Positions 51,716 through 61,649 of a DNA stretch of 62,248 nucleotides are shown here, piece by piece; position 1 is the stretch's first letter, and every line of letters begins with the position of its first letter. The stretch is from Actinomycetota bacterium. Its GTDB lineage: Bacteria > Actinomycetota > Actinomycetes > Actinomycetales > Micrococcaceae. The stretch is from NCBI GenBank assembly GCA_046727115.1, contig JBKPBZ010000028.1:1-62248 (forward strand), given 5' to 3'. The translations under genes and the position numbers were made by a program. The notes beneath the pieces were generated by a model, which was not told where the DNA came from, made no database searches, and saw only the letters and a program-made list of their open reading frames with translations.

Positions 51716-54700
51716 CAGGATGCGATCTTTGCCTCGATGCGCGCCTCACGCTTATCCAGCACCTCAGCGACCCCCTTACCCAACCCGCGGCCGAAGTCCT
51801 CGCCGGACGCGGCGTCGACCGGGGCGCCGCCGGTGTTAATGGTGACGTCCATGTGAATGACCGTGCCGCCGCCAGCGATCTGCGGTGCCGTGGCGGCCGG
51901 CGTCGGGGTCCGGAACCCGCCCGCGCGATTCAGGACGTCGAACAGCCCGGATTGCTGGGCCAATTCCAGGGTGCGGGCCGGGTCCGTCAACGGCAACAGC
52001 ACCTCGCGGCCGGCCTCACCGATGACCATGGGGGTGGCCTCATCGAAGATGCCGCCCTCAGCGCCCAGGCCCGGCACCTTGCTGATGACGTCCCCCAGCT
52101 TGTCAGCGCCGGGCAGGTTCTTGATCTTGTCGATGACGCTGCCCACGGCATGGGCCACCGACTTAGCCACGTCACGCAGCGTTTTCAGCAGGCTGACCAC
52201 AGCGTCGATCGGCACCTTGAGCAGGTTGAACGCACCCTTGAGGGCATCGACCGCGCCCTTGAGGGTGGTGCGCAGGAACGCTGACAGTGGTTCGCCGATG
52301 GTGTGCCACAGCGTCGACAACACATCCTTGACGAACCCCACCGATGCCTTCAACGCATCGAACGCCGCCTTCGCTACCCCGACCGCGACCTTGAACGACG
52401 CCGACAGGAACGCCCCCAGCGGCACCAGCACGTTGCGCCACAGGAACGACGCCACGTCGATGACCGCCTGGACCGCGGCCCGGAACACGGTGCCGAGGAT
52501 CGAGGCCACGACCTTGATCACCGGGGTCAGGACACCCACCAGGAACGACCCGAAGGGTTCGAGGACGAACCGCCAGAGGGTCGTGAACGTGATGATCAAC
52601 ACCTCCAGCGTCGCCAGCAACGGCAGGAACGCGACCAGCAGCACGATCTTGACGGCCGGCACGAACACGGCCTGGAGGAAGTTGCCGAGGGGGACGAGGA
52701 CGTTCTGCCACAGGAACGTCGCTGCCGTGGTGATGGCATTCAGGGCGGTGGAGACGACGTCGGCCATGACCTGGGCGACGGTCTGCAGGGCGGCGAAGAA
52801 TTCGGCCTTCAGGAACTGGCCGAACGGCACGAGGGTGTTGTGCCACAGGTCCCGGAACAGGTCCGCCAGGGTCGACAGGATCGGTTGGACGTTGCGGCCG
52901 ATGACCCCCGCCAGGTTCGCTAGCCCGGTCGCCAGCAGGGCGATGGCCTGCGCCACCTTCAACAGGACGGGGGCGCCGATGTTGGTGATGAGGATGGTGG
53001 CCAGACGGATCAGCGGGATGAGCAGCGGGACCAGGGCCACGGTCAGCTGAGCGAACGCGATGGCGATCTGCCCCAACGCCTCCGCCAACTCCGGCAGCAC
53101 CGGTGCCAGGGACTCCAGAACCTCCTGCAGGCTGTCACCCAGGACGGTGACCAATTCCCGGATCGCCGGGCGCATCACCTCGAACGCCTGCAGCAGCGCG
53201 CCGCCCAGGATGCGGGCGACGTCACCCAGGATCGGGGCCAGGAACTCGACCGCATCAGCCAGCGCCCCACCCAGGATCTCCGCTATCTCAGTCAGGACGG
53301 GGGCCAGGGCCTGCGCGACCTCGCCCACCACCCGCAGGATCTCAGCGAACGCTGGCCCCAGGGCACCGATGATGCGTTCCCCGACCTGGGTGAACACCTG
53401 GATCAGCGGGGTCGCCGCCTTCACCAACAGGGTCAGCAGGTTCACGATCGGGGGCAGCGCAGCGCCGAGGGCGTCACCGATCAGCGAGATGACCGGGGCG
53501 ATGGCCGGCCCCAGGGCAGCGAACAGGCCACCCAGCGACTTGATCGCCGGTTGCAGGGACACGAGGGCGTCCACGAACGGGCCGGTCAGCTGGGACAGGC
53601 CGTCACCGATGCCCTGCAGCGCGACACCCAACGCTGGGCCGGCCTCACCGATGATGCCGCCCACGACGGTCAGCAGGCTGCCGGCCAGACTGGACAGGGC
53701 CGGCGCGATGGTGCCCAACGCGTCCTGGATGGCCGGCACCGCCAGACCCAGCTGCGTCTTGATGGTCGGGATCAGCGGCCGGAACGCCTGGGTCAGGGAC
53801 AGCCCGATCGTGTCCTTGAACGTCGAGAACACGCCGTTGAGGGTTTGGGCCTGGTCGGCCATCGCCCCCGCCGCCCCCGGGAACTCCTTCATGCCCTGGA
53901 CCAGCGCGGCGATGCCCTCCTTAGCCGGGACCGCGCCCTTCTGTAGCTGGTCCTGTAGGGCCTTGGTGCTGATCCCCAGGCCGTCGGCCATGGCCTGGAA
54001 CACCGGGAACCCCGGCACCGCCTCACTGATCTGTAGCAGCTCCTCGCTGCTGATCTTGCCCTTGGACGACATCTGGCTGAGGGCACGGACCACCCGGTCA
54101 ATCGCCTCCGGCGGCTGACCCAGGACGGCGGTCAGGTCGCCGATGGTGCCCAGCAGCGGGATGACCTCCTCCTTCGTGATGCCGGCGGCCTGACCCATCG
54201 CCAGGATCTGGCGGGCGTTGTCCGCCAGACCCGGGAACTCGAACGGTGTCGTGGCGGCGAACTGCTGCAGGTCCTTGATGAACGACCCCGCGGCGTCCGC
54301 TGACCCCAGCAGCGCCTTGAACCCCAGCTCCGTCTGCTCCAGCGACGCGGACGACTTGATACCGAACGCGGTGATGCCAGCAGCCGCCGCTGCCCCCGCG
54401 AACCCGACGGCGGTCAGGCCGGTGGAGATGAGCGAGAACCCGCTGCCGGCGGTACCGATGCGGCCCAGCGCCCGGACGCTGTCGTTGCTGGCGTCCCGGA
54501 AATTGTGCTCAACCGCCTCGGCCGCCACCTCGGATTCGACCACCACAGGGCCGAACGCGCCCGCCCCACCGATCTCAGCCAGCTGGATGTCCGAGTCCTC
54601 GGCGGCATCCCGGAACGCTGCGTTGACTGCCTCACCGGCGATCTCAGCTTCCTCGACCACCGGGCCGAACACGCCGACACCGCCGATGTTCGACAGGGCC

Positions 54701-55020
54701 TCATCAGCGCCCGCCGACGTCTCCGCCATCGTGCCGACCACAGCGCGGCCGGCCTCATCGAACGCCCGCTCAACCTGTTCGCCTGTCTGCTCAGCCTGCT
54801 GGCCGATGTCACGCAGCTGGTCGCCATTCAGTGCATCCAGCGTCTCGCGTATGGCCCTGCCGGCCTCCCTGAACGAATCCTCCAGCGACTCCCCAACCCG
54901 CTTACCCAGCTCCTCGACACTGACCAGGCCGTCATGGATCTGGTCCAGTGAGTCGATGAAACCGACGGTGTCGCTGTTGATCTTGATGAAGGCTTCGTCC
55001 AGGGGGCCGGCGGCCATCAC
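51715..55020 (-). CDS. Tape measure protein
   Basis: 1101 aa; FAATTPFEF, LSQMSSKGKISSEELLQ, Ala/Leu-rich helical repeats, GEAGRE C-terminus. Confidence 0.95.
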   Translation of the reverse strand: MMAAGPLDEAFIKINSDTVGFIDSLDQIHDGLVSVEELGKRVGESLEDSFREAGRAIRETLDALNGDQLRDIGQQAEQTGEQVERAFDEAGRAVVGTMAETSAGADEALSNIGGVGVFGPVVEEAEIAGEAVNAAFRDAAEDSDIQLAEIGGAGAFGPVVVESEVAAEAVEHNFRDASNDSVRALGRIGTAGSGFSLISTGLTAVGFAGAAAAAGITAFGIKSSASLEQTELGFKALLGSADAAGSFIKDLQQFAATTPFEFPGLADNARQILAMGQAAGITKEEVIPLLGTIGDLTAVLGQPPEAIDRVVRALSQMSSKGKISSEELLQISEAVPGFPVFQAMADGLGISTKALQDQLQKGAVPAKEGIAALVQGMKEFPGAAGAMADQAQTLNGVFSTFKDTIGLSLTQAFRPLIPTIKTQLGLAVPAIQDALGTIAPALSSLAGSLLTVVGGIIGEAGPALGVALQGIGDGLSQLTGPFVDALVSLQPAIKSLGGLFAALGPAIAPVISLIGDALGAALPPIVNLLTLLVKAATPLIQVFTQVGERIIGALGPAFAEILRVVGEVAQALAPVLTEIAEILGGALADAVEFLAPILGDVARILGGALLQAFEVMRPAIRELVTVLGDSLQEVLESLAPVLPELAEALGQIAIAFAQLTVALVPLLIPLIRLATILITNIGAPVLLKVAQAIALLATGLANLAGVIGRNVQPILSTLADLFRDLWHNTLVPFGQFLKAEFFAALQTVAQVMADVVSTALNAITTAATFLWQNVLVPLGNFLQAVFVPAVKIVLLVAFLPLLATLEVLIITFTTLWRFVLEPFGSFLVGVLTPVIKVVASILGTVFRAAVQAVIDVASFLWRNVLVPLGAFLSASFKVAVGVAKAAFDALKASVGFVKDVLSTLWHTIGEPLSAFLRTTLKGAVDALKGAFNLLKVPIDAVVSLLKTLRDVAKSVAHAVGSVIDKIKNLPGADKLGDVISKVPGLGAEGGIFDEATPMVIGEAGREVLLPLTDPARTLELAQQSGLFDVLNRAGGFRTPTPAATAPQIAGGGTVIHMDVTINTGGAPVDAASGEDFGRGLGKGVAEVLDKREARIEAKIAS

Positions 55021-55402
55021 ACCCTCCCGGCGTTCTTAGCTGCCGGTTCGCCTAGCTCCAGGCCCGCCTTGATCGTGTTGGACCAGGCAGCCCGGTCACC
55101 CCGCCACCATGACGGTGCCCGCATGTTCGGGGGCGCCAGGCCCGGTACATGCCGCGCCTGGGCCGGTGGCGCCGTGACGGTTGCCGCCACCTCGATGACC
55201 GGGTCGGCGCCGGTCAGCAATTCGTCCAGGCGGGCGCGCTGGTCCTCGTCGTAGCCCCGGGATGCCCAGTGGTAGACGAGGTTCAGCATGCGGCGCGGTG
55301 TCAGGTCGAGGGGGTCGACGTTGCGGCTGGCGCACCATCCGTCGAAGTCCCACCAGTACCGTTGGGCGTGGCTGGCGAGGACGACGACGGCTCGGTAGGG
55401 CG
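55017..55402 (-). CDS. Tail assembly chaperone, frameshifted C-terminal extension
   Basis: -1 frame ORF (WWDFDGWCASRNVDPLDL...RMLNLVY) overlapping the chaperone, with no good start of its own. Confidence 0.7.
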
Positions 55403-55852
55403 GCCGCTGTAGAAGGCCTGCAGGTCGCGGTACACGGACTGGACCTGGGGCATCGTGATCATCCGGCGCATGTGCGCCTCCTGATCCTCGACCGGCCACC
55501 CCGGGTCAGGTGGCCGCATGTTGGCCATCCACCGGGCCGCGTCCTCCGGGTACAGGACGTCGTTCAGGAACTTGATCGCCCGTTCCGTCGATGACATGCC
55601 GATGGTGGACAGGCGCAGCATCAACGCCGGGTTCGCTGCCGCCAGCTCAGCCATCTTCTCGGGGTCGTTGCCCACCTCCATCACCTGGGCCAGTTCCCCC
55701 GCCAGTTCCGACGCCTGGGACAGCTGGCTGATGGACTCCAGCAACGTCGCCGCCGGGCACACCGGAGTCGCCCGGTAGTACTCCCCGTTCAGCGGGATGA
55801 CCACCGGCTGGTTGTCCTGGCTTCTGAGGTTCGAGTAGTCGGTCAACTGCAA
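55301..55852 (-). CDS. Tail assembly chaperone
   Basis: AGGAGG RBS with TTG start; YSGRPT then a low-complexity tail; upstream of tape measure. Confidence 0.8.
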   Translation of the reverse strand: MQLTDYSNLRSQDNQPVVIPLNGEYYRATPVCPAATLLESISQLSQASELAGELAQVMEVGNDPEKMAELAAANPALMLRLSTIGMSSTERAIKFLNDVLYPEDAARWMANMRPPDPGWPVEDQEAHMRRMITMPQVQSVYRDLQAFYSGRPTEPSSSSPATPNGTGGTSTDGAPAATSTPST

Positions 55853-55870
55853 TCTGGGTTCCTCCTGGGG

Positions 55871-56215
55871 TTAGCCCCGCGCTGCTTGCAGGGCATTCGT
55901 GAGGAATCTACGTGCTGGAACGGGATGCCCGCGAGCGTGAGCCACTTTCCAGCTGTAGGGGGCGTAACGGCTACCGCTGCCCTCGTGCACCGCCCGGGCG
56001 TAGGCGACGTTGGTCCCGACCCTGATCGACAGGCCCAGCAGCCCCCGGAACGGTTCCCCTGCCCGGATGCTGGCCCGCAGCCGCCCATGGCGGACCGGGG
56101 CGAACACCTTCGCCTGGTTCTGGACATGTAACGCCCGGCGGGTGAGGTCCCGGCCGACCGGGCCACGGGGGTCGTACAGCAGCTGGCGGACAGCAGCAGG
56201 GTTGCGGCGCGCCAT
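55871..56215 (-). CDS. HK97 gp10-like tail completion protein
   Basis: APVRHGRLRASI, VGTNVAYARAVHEG, RRFLTNAL. Confidence 0.85.
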   Translation of the reverse strand: MARRNPAAVRQLLYDPRGPVGRDLTRRALHVQNQAKVFAPVRHGRLRASIRAGEPFRGLLGLSIRVGTNVAYARAVHEGSGSRYAPYSWKVAHARGHPVPARRFLTNALQAARG

Positions 56216-56219
56216 CGGG

Positions 56220-56780
56220 CTACCCGCCCGGGGTGCCCTCGCAGGGCTGGCAGTTGTTGAACCCCACGAACACGTGCTGTTCACTGCCGGCGCACTGGCC
56301 GTCGGTCCCGACCGCCAGCTGTTCGCCCAGCAGCCGCATAGGCCGGGCCGACGGGTCGAACTGGTCGAAACAGCAGATGACGCCGCGCTGCACCGCCCAA
56401 CGGTCGGCGAAGTCCTGTTGAGCGGCCGTCGACAACGCCTCCGGTTTCGGGGGACGGCCGTTGTCGTCCTGGACCGGGACGCACCGCAGGATCGTCACCA
56501 CGAACTCCGCCAACGTCAACGCGGCCCCGCACTGCGTGAACGGCGGATCAGTCTTCGGGATCGGGAAGTGGTCGGTGGGGAAGGCGCGCAGGACATGGAC
56601 AGTGAGCTGCCCGCATTCGCAGTCATCCCACGCCACCTCCTCCCCCGGGATCACCGCGGCCCGGGCCGGCGCCCCCGCCGGGGTGGCAGCCAGCTGGGCG
56701 CTGCAGCACAGCAGCAGCCGTTGGGCCATGTCGAACATGTAGTCAGGTTGCGGGGTCGACGCGGTCACCAGGATGTCCAC
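56220..56780 (-). CDS. Tail terminator-like protein
   Basis: Synteny; WDDCECGQL, ILRCVP, GQCAG. Confidence 0.7.
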   Translation of the reverse strand: MDILVTASTPQPDYMFDMAQRLLLCCSAQLAATPAGAPARAAVIPGEEVAWDDCECGQLTVHVLRAFPTDHFPIPKTDPPFTQCGAALTLAEFVVTILRCVPVQDDNGRPPKPEALSTAAQQDFADRWAVQRGVICCFDQFDPSARPMRLLGEQLAVGTDGQCAGSEQHVFVGFNNCQPCEGTPGG

Positions 56781-57574
56781 CCGCCGGGCTGCCGGGGCTG
56801 TTCGTAGTCGTCCGGGTTCCAGATGCGGCGGCCCGCGGTCAGGCCGTCAGGGTTGACGGTCCCGATGAACGTGCGGACCAACGGGAGGCCGGATAGGCCG
56901 GCCATGCCGGCGTCCATCAGATCCTTGACCGTCGGGAACTGCTGGGACACCCCCTGCCGGGTCACCGCGGTCGTGTAGCGCGGCAACTTGCACTGGTCGC
57001 CGACACAGAACGCCGCGAACTCCGCCGCCAGCTCAGCCAACGCGAACTGGCCGATCATTGGGACAGCGGGACCGTAGGTGGCGGTCACCGACCAGGCGCC
57101 CACCCCCGACACGGGGACGGTCCAGTCCTGGCACAGCGGCCATAGCTCACCGTCGGTGCGGACGAGGCGTTGGCCGTCGTACAGCACCCACCCGCTGCCC
57201 TCCGCCAGTTCGACGCCGTCCACGATCACCTGGGTGACCTGTGTGGCCCGTAGCGGCAGCAGGAGCGTGTCAGCGGTATTGCACCCGCACTGGCCGCTGC
57301 AGCGCCCACAGGCGGCATCTAGCCACCAATCCGGGCGTTCTGGCCATGCCCCCGGCCATCCCCACCACCACGACGACGTGGCCCAGTCCGGGGCACAGGC
57401 CTGCCGGCACGGGCGCAGCAGGATCGAACACGCACCGAACTGGCGTCCCGACAGCTCCCACAGCACCTCTGACGCCGCCATGACCGCGGCGCCGGTGACG
57501 GCCGGACTGAACGATGTGAGGTCGGGGCATCCCGACGGCGGCAGAGGCCATGCCTCGCACAGCGGAACGAACAC
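56765..57574 (-). CDS. Head-to-tail adaptor
   Basis: ASEVLWELSGRQFGAC, WPLCQD, C.LP...VTRQGVS, VNP. Confidence 0.82.
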   Translation of the reverse strand: MFVPLCEAWPLPPSGCPDLTSFSPAVTGAAVMAASEVLWELSGRQFGACSILLRPCRQACAPDWATSSWWWGWPGAWPERPDWWLDAACGRCSGQCGCNTADTLLLPLRATQVTQVIVDGVELAEGSGWVLYDGQRLVRTDGELWPLCQDWTVPVSGVGAWSVTATYGPAVPMIGQFALAELAAEFAAFCVGDQCKLPRYTTAVTRQGVSQQFPTVKDLMDAGMAGLSGLPLVRTFIGTVNPDGLTAGRRIWNPDDYEQPRQPGGWTSW

Positions 57575-57604
57575 GCCGATGCCCTCTGCCGCCTACTGGG
57601 ATGC

Positions 57605-58270
57605 TCAGGCCGCGGGCAGGGTGACAGCCCCGCAGCCAGTGACGTCAGGCAGCGGCAGCCGCACGACGTTGAAACCGCGGTGCGCCCCAGCCGGCACCTG
57701 GTTGATGTACTTGATCGCCCCCGGGCCGGCACCCCACAGGGTGTTCGCCGCCTCGGTCCGTGCCGTGATCCGCCACTCGATCACATCGTCCTGGACGGTG
57801 AAATCGTTGAGACGGCCGGCGGCCAGGTGCGGCCACGCCCAGTACGCCACCCGGGGCGTAGTCGCCCCCGTGCACGTCTCACTGTCCGCCTGCCACACCT
57901 CCAGGCCCCAGCGGGCGCTGATGTCGCCCTCCTTGACCCAGAACCCGGTGCCGGTCACCGTCGGGCTGCCGGTCACGATCGCGGTCTGTCCGGTCGTGAT
58001 CACCACCGCGTCGGGGTCGATCGAACAGAACCGGATGTTGACCTCGTCCCGGCTGAACTGGTCGTTGCCGCGCCGGTTGACGCAGAACGCCCCATTGGCC
58101 TTCCGCAGCTGGTAGGTGGTGCCGTCCTCGTACTGGGGCGACACCTGTACCTCAACGAACCCGTCGAAGACGATGAGGCTGCCGGTCCCCGTGACGGGGG
58201 CGCCGCAGGCGTCCAGGCGGATGATGCGGGCGCGGGTGCCCTGGATGGGGGAGATGCATTCGGCGCTCAC
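57605..58270 (-). CDS. Major tail protein
   Basis: RIIRLDACG, GFVEV, ANGAFCV, LEVW motifs. Confidence 0.85.
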   Translation of the reverse strand: MSAECISPIQGTRARIIRLDACGAPVTGTGSLIVFDGFVEVQVSPQYEDGTTYQLRKANGAFCVNRRGNDQFSRDEVNIRFCSIDPDAVVITTGQTAIVTGSPTVTGTGFWVKEGDISARWGLEVWQADSETCTGATTPRVAYWAWPHLAAGRLNDFTVQDDVIEWRITARTEAANTLWGAGPGAIKYINQVPAGAHRGFNVVRLPLPDVTGCGAVTLPAA

Positions 58271-58719
58271 CGGTGGGCCTCCACAAGGTCGATGATCTGG
58301 TCGCGGGTCAGGTCGTCAGCGACGGCCAGGCCCAGGGATGTCGCGTAGGTGGCCCACGCGTCACGGCCGCTGCCGGCGCCGCTCCGGGGTGGCATCGCCG
58401 GGTCTACCGGCGGTTCCACCTCAGTCGCCGACAGGGCAGGCTGCCCCGACAGCTGCTCACCACCCGCCACCGGCGGGATAGCGAACGCCTCAGGTTCCGG
58501 GACGGGCTGCAGGTCGACCTGGATGGGGAACGGCCCCTCGATCTGCGGTTCCCGCAGCAGCAACTTCGCCATCTCCGCGTGCTGCTCATCATCGAATGCC
58601 GGTTCGCCGTTCACGACGACCTCGTTGCCGCCGACGGCACGCCAGTCGGCCCCGGCCTCCATGAACAGGCTGATGCCAACCATGTAGTGGTCCTGGTCCC
58701 GGAACGTGTAGCGGATCAT
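58267..58719 (-). CDS. Hypothetical virion-region protein with small C-terminal helical domain
   Basis: RDAWATYATSLGLAVADDLTRDQIIDLV. Confidence 0.7.
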   Translation of the reverse strand: MIRYTFRDQDHYMVGISLFMEAGADWRAVGGNEVVVNGEPAFDDEQHAEMAKLLLREPQIEGPFPIQVDLQPVPEPEAFAIPPVAGGEQLSGQPALSATEVEPPVDPAMPPRSGAGSGRDAWATYATSLGLAVADDLTRDQIIDLVEAHR

Positions 58720-59660
58720 GTCGCGGCCCCCACGGTGCCCTGCACGACGCCACCCAGCGACACCTGGGCTGCCAGATGGCAGCAGTCCCACGTGAACGCG
58801 TACGCGCGCTCGACCAGGTACACCGTGCTGTTGTCGGTCCGCCCGATGATCTCCGCCGGTTGTCGGCCGCGGTCCACGATGTCGGACCGGACCATCGCCA
58901 CCGCGCCGGTGGCGTAGAAGTACGTCTGGCCGGCGGTCGGCGTCGTGCCGTCCGGGGCCATCCGGTCGTTGCTGGCGTAGGCGGCGACCAGGGTGCCGCC
59001 GAGGGTGCGGAGCTGCTGGCCGTCCTTCGTGACCAGCCCGCAGTACGACAGCTGGGCCAGGGCCTGGCGGGGGACGTGGATCACGCCCTCCGCCCCGTAG
59101 CACGCCGCCAGGGCGCCCTCCAATAGGCCCAGGGCCTCGACCACATCGACGGCGGCCGAGGTGACGGTGGTGGCGGCTGACTGGCGTTGCACCGTGTTCG
59201 CGCCCATCGCCGTGCCGGCCACCGGGGTGTTGGCGGCGAGGTGCGGGTAGACGGTGCCCGGGCTACCGGTCGGGAACACTGGGCTGCCCGTCCAGAACAC
59301 GTGCTCAACAGCACGGCCCTCACCGTTGGTCAGCGCGGCCTCAGTGCGTCGCCGTAGGTCGGCCAGGTCGTCGCCCCAACCGACCGGGCTGCACGGCGCC
59401 CAGGCCCACACCCGGAACACGTCCGACTGCAGGACCGGGGCGCCACCGGTGACCGACGGCGACATTGACGGGCCACCGGTCGCGTTGCAGGGCGTCAACA
59501 GCGAACTGAACGCCGGGATGCACACCAGCGGCTGCCGCAGAAACCCGTTCTTCCAATGCGGGTCACCGGCCACGACCGGGGCCGCGACTGACAGCAACCC
59601 GTACCGGAGGGGGGTGTACGGCGGGGCCGCCGCGTCGAGCAGGGTGACAGGGTCAACCAT
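58716..59660 (-). CDS. Major capsid pentamer-type protein
   Basis: YGLLSVA...PHW..G, E.RAVEHVFWTG, YATGAV, N....LVERAY; follows the hexamer gene. Confidence 0.72.
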   Translation of the reverse strand: MVDPVTLLDAAAPPYTPLRYGLLSVAAPVVAGDPHWKNGFLRQPLVCIPAFSSLLTPCNATGGPSMSPSVTGGAPVLQSDVFRVWAWAPCSPVGWGDDLADLRRRTEAALTNGEGRAVEHVFWTGSPVFPTGSPGTVYPHLAANTPVAGTAMGANTVQRQSAATTVTSAAVDVVEALGLLEGALAACYGAEGVIHVPRQALAQLSYCGLVTKDGQQLRTLGGTLVAAYASNDRMAPDGTTPTAGQTYFYATGAVAMVRSDIVDRGRQPAEIIGRTDNSTVYLVERAYAFTWDCCHLAAQVSLGGVVQGTVGAAT

Positions 59661-59699
59661 CGCCGTTCACCTCCCTTCGTACGTTCGTCACCGGCCGGG

Positions 59700-61649
59700 T
59701 CAGGCCGACGCCGCGGACTGGGTCGTCTGGGCGCCCGTGTTGCCGTTCGGGAACATCGAGCTGAACGTGATCATCAGCCCTTCCTTCCCGCGGGTGCCGA
59801 TCAGCGTCGCCTCCTCCGACCACGCAGCGGTGTGGTCGTTGGCCTTGTTCAGGACGCTGTCCCGGACGACGCCCAGGTTGAGGTTCAGGCCGTTGCCCCG
59901 GAAGAAGTGGCCGGGGAAGTACATCATCCCCAGGAACGACGACGGCCACGCCGTCGGGGGCGAGCTGGCGCCGATGGTGTTGGCCGGGCCGGCGCTGCCG
60001 GGCAGGGCCTGCCAGTCCTCGACCCACTGGCCCCGGATGTTCCGGGCGTCCAGCTGGGCGCTGATGTAGGCGTCGGCCACGGACAGGTCGTCCCACCCGT
60101 TGCGCTTCGCCAGATCCGACCGGAGCAGGCCGCGTGCCCATGCGGGCAACACCAGCTCGATCGTCGCCGACAGGGGCGCCCCGTACTTGTACCGCAGGTG
60201 CGTGGCCTCCAGATCGATGGCGCCGAGGAAGTGGGTCATCGCGCTGGACGCGGCGCCGTTGGTCGGCGTGACCGCGGTCAGGGTTGTGTCGGCGGCCATC
60301 TGGGCGATGTGCCGGCGGTTCATCACCCGGGCGTGGGCGATGGTGGTGAGCATGAGGAAGTGCCGGATCAGCTCCGGGTACGCGTCCTCGGTCAGGTTGC
60401 CTGCCAGGACGCACAGGCCCCACACGCGGAGGCGTTCCTCATCGAACGTCGGGCACGGCGGCCGCAGGCAGCTCTTGGTCGGGCTGCCGGTGGCGGCGAG
60501 GATGTCGTCCGTCTCCGTCCACTCCCACGGCATCGTCGCGTTCGACGGGATGCCGGAGGCGGGGGCGCCGGACAGGGCGAAGAAGTCGGCGAGGGTGAGG
60601 CTGATCGGCCACTTGATGCCACCGCGCCGGATGCCGACGGTGGGGAGGTCGACCATGCCGGACGGCTGGCCGGCGACGTTGAAGAACGAGTAGTCGATCT
60701 CCGACGGGGCGCACCAGCCGCCAGCGGCGACCAGGGCGGACATGCCGGCGAACCCGAGGGCGGGGTCGATCAGGCCGGCGAGCGCGGCCTCAACCGCGAA
60801 CTCGGCCATCGAGTCGTCCAGGGTGACGGCGTAGTCGCGCTGGACGCTGGCGACCTGCACGGGCGAGCCGTTGCCCGCCGTGATGTGCATGTTCTTCGCC
60901 CGGGCGGCAACGGCGCCTGCGAAGTCGTCCAGCGTCTCCAGCTTGGTGCCGGGCGCCATGCCAGGCACCTCAGACGCTGCCGTCAGGATGACCTCCTGCG
61001 GTGGCACCCGGTTGACCGCGGGGGCGGGGTTCGGGTTGACGCCGTACGGGTCGGGCTGATGCTGGGCGATCTGGGCCAGGGTCAGTGACGGGTTGAGCGT
61101 CGGCTTCTTGGCGACCGCGGGGACGGTGAGCGGCGGGCGGGCGGCGGCGGCCACAGGCTCAGCGACCGGGGCAGGTTCCACAGCCGGTTCCACAGCCGGT
61201 TCCACTGGGGTGGTGTCGACGGGGGCGGGGTCGCCGTCGACCGGCGGGGCCTCCGGGTCCTCGACCGGCTCAGGGTCGACGGGGGCTGGGGGCTGGGCGC
61301 TGTCCAGCACTGCCTTGACCCGGTTATCGTGCTCCGCCTTGCGGGCGTCCTGCGTGGCCTTGATGTCGGCCAGGGCGGCAGCCAGCTGCGGGGCACGCTC
61401 AGCATCCTCGGTCGTCACCGTCTCCGGTGCTTCCGCCGCCTTCTTCCCCAACTCGTCCAGCGCGGCCTCGACCGACACCTTGAGGGTTTCGAGGGCGTCG
61501 TCATCGAGGGTTGTGAGGTCGGCGGGGATGTCGAGCTGCACGGGGGCGGGGTCGCCGTCACCACCAGCGACGAACGGCAGCACCCGACCAGCGGTGTGCC
61601 AGGTGAACCGGCCATCCGGGCCGAGGCGAAGTTCGAGGGTGTCGCGCAT
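59700..61649 (-). CDS. Major capsid (hexamer) protein with N-terminal scaffold
   Basis: AAGGWCAPSE, DLPTVGIRRGGI, K.C..PPCP.F.E.RL, L.LGVVRDS.LN..ND. Confidence 0.88.
   Translation of the reverse strand: MRDTLELRLGPDGRFTWHTAGRVLPFVAGGDGDPAPVQLDIPADLTTLDDDALETLKVSVEAALDELGKKAAEAPETVTTEDAERAPQLAAALADIKATQDARKAEHDNRVKAVLDSAQPPAPVDPEPVEDPEAPPVDGDPAPVDTTPVEPAVEPAVEPAPVAEPVAAAARPPLTVPAVAKKPTLNPSLTLAQIAQHQPDPYGVNPNPAPAVNRVPPQEVILTAASEVPGMAPGTKLETLDDFAGAVAARAKNMHITAGNGSPVQVASVQRDYAVTLDDSMAEFAVEAALAGLIDPALGFAGMSALVAAGGWCAPSEIDYSFFNVAGQPSGMVDLPTVGIRRGGIKWPISLTLADFFALSGAPASGIPSNATMPWEWTETDDILAATGSPTKSCLRPPCPTFDEERLRVWGLCVLAGNLTEDAYPELIRHFLMLTTIAHARVMNRRHIAQMAADTTLTAVTPTNGAASSAMTHFLGAIDLEATHLRYKYGAPLSATIELVLPAWARGLLRSDLAKRNGWDDLSVADAYISAQLDARNIRGQWVEDWQALPGSAGPANTIGASSPPTAWPSSFLGMMYFPGHFFRGNGLNLNLGVVRDSVLNKANDHTAAWSEEATLIGTRGKEGLMITFSSMFPNGNTGAQTTQSAASA

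Noticed and set aside
51853-55039. Long plus-strand ORFs opposite the tape measure gene
   Set aside because: Antisense frames produced by codon bias
55868-55884. Additional operator copy at the gp10-like stop (GTTAGCCCCGCG)
   Set aside because: Only a half-site, with no TANNNT (TAACCC)
61174-61205. 12-bp tandem repeat GGTTCCACAGCC
   Set aside because: Encodes the (EPAV)n linker in the capsid scaffold region; an ordinary low-complexity repeat
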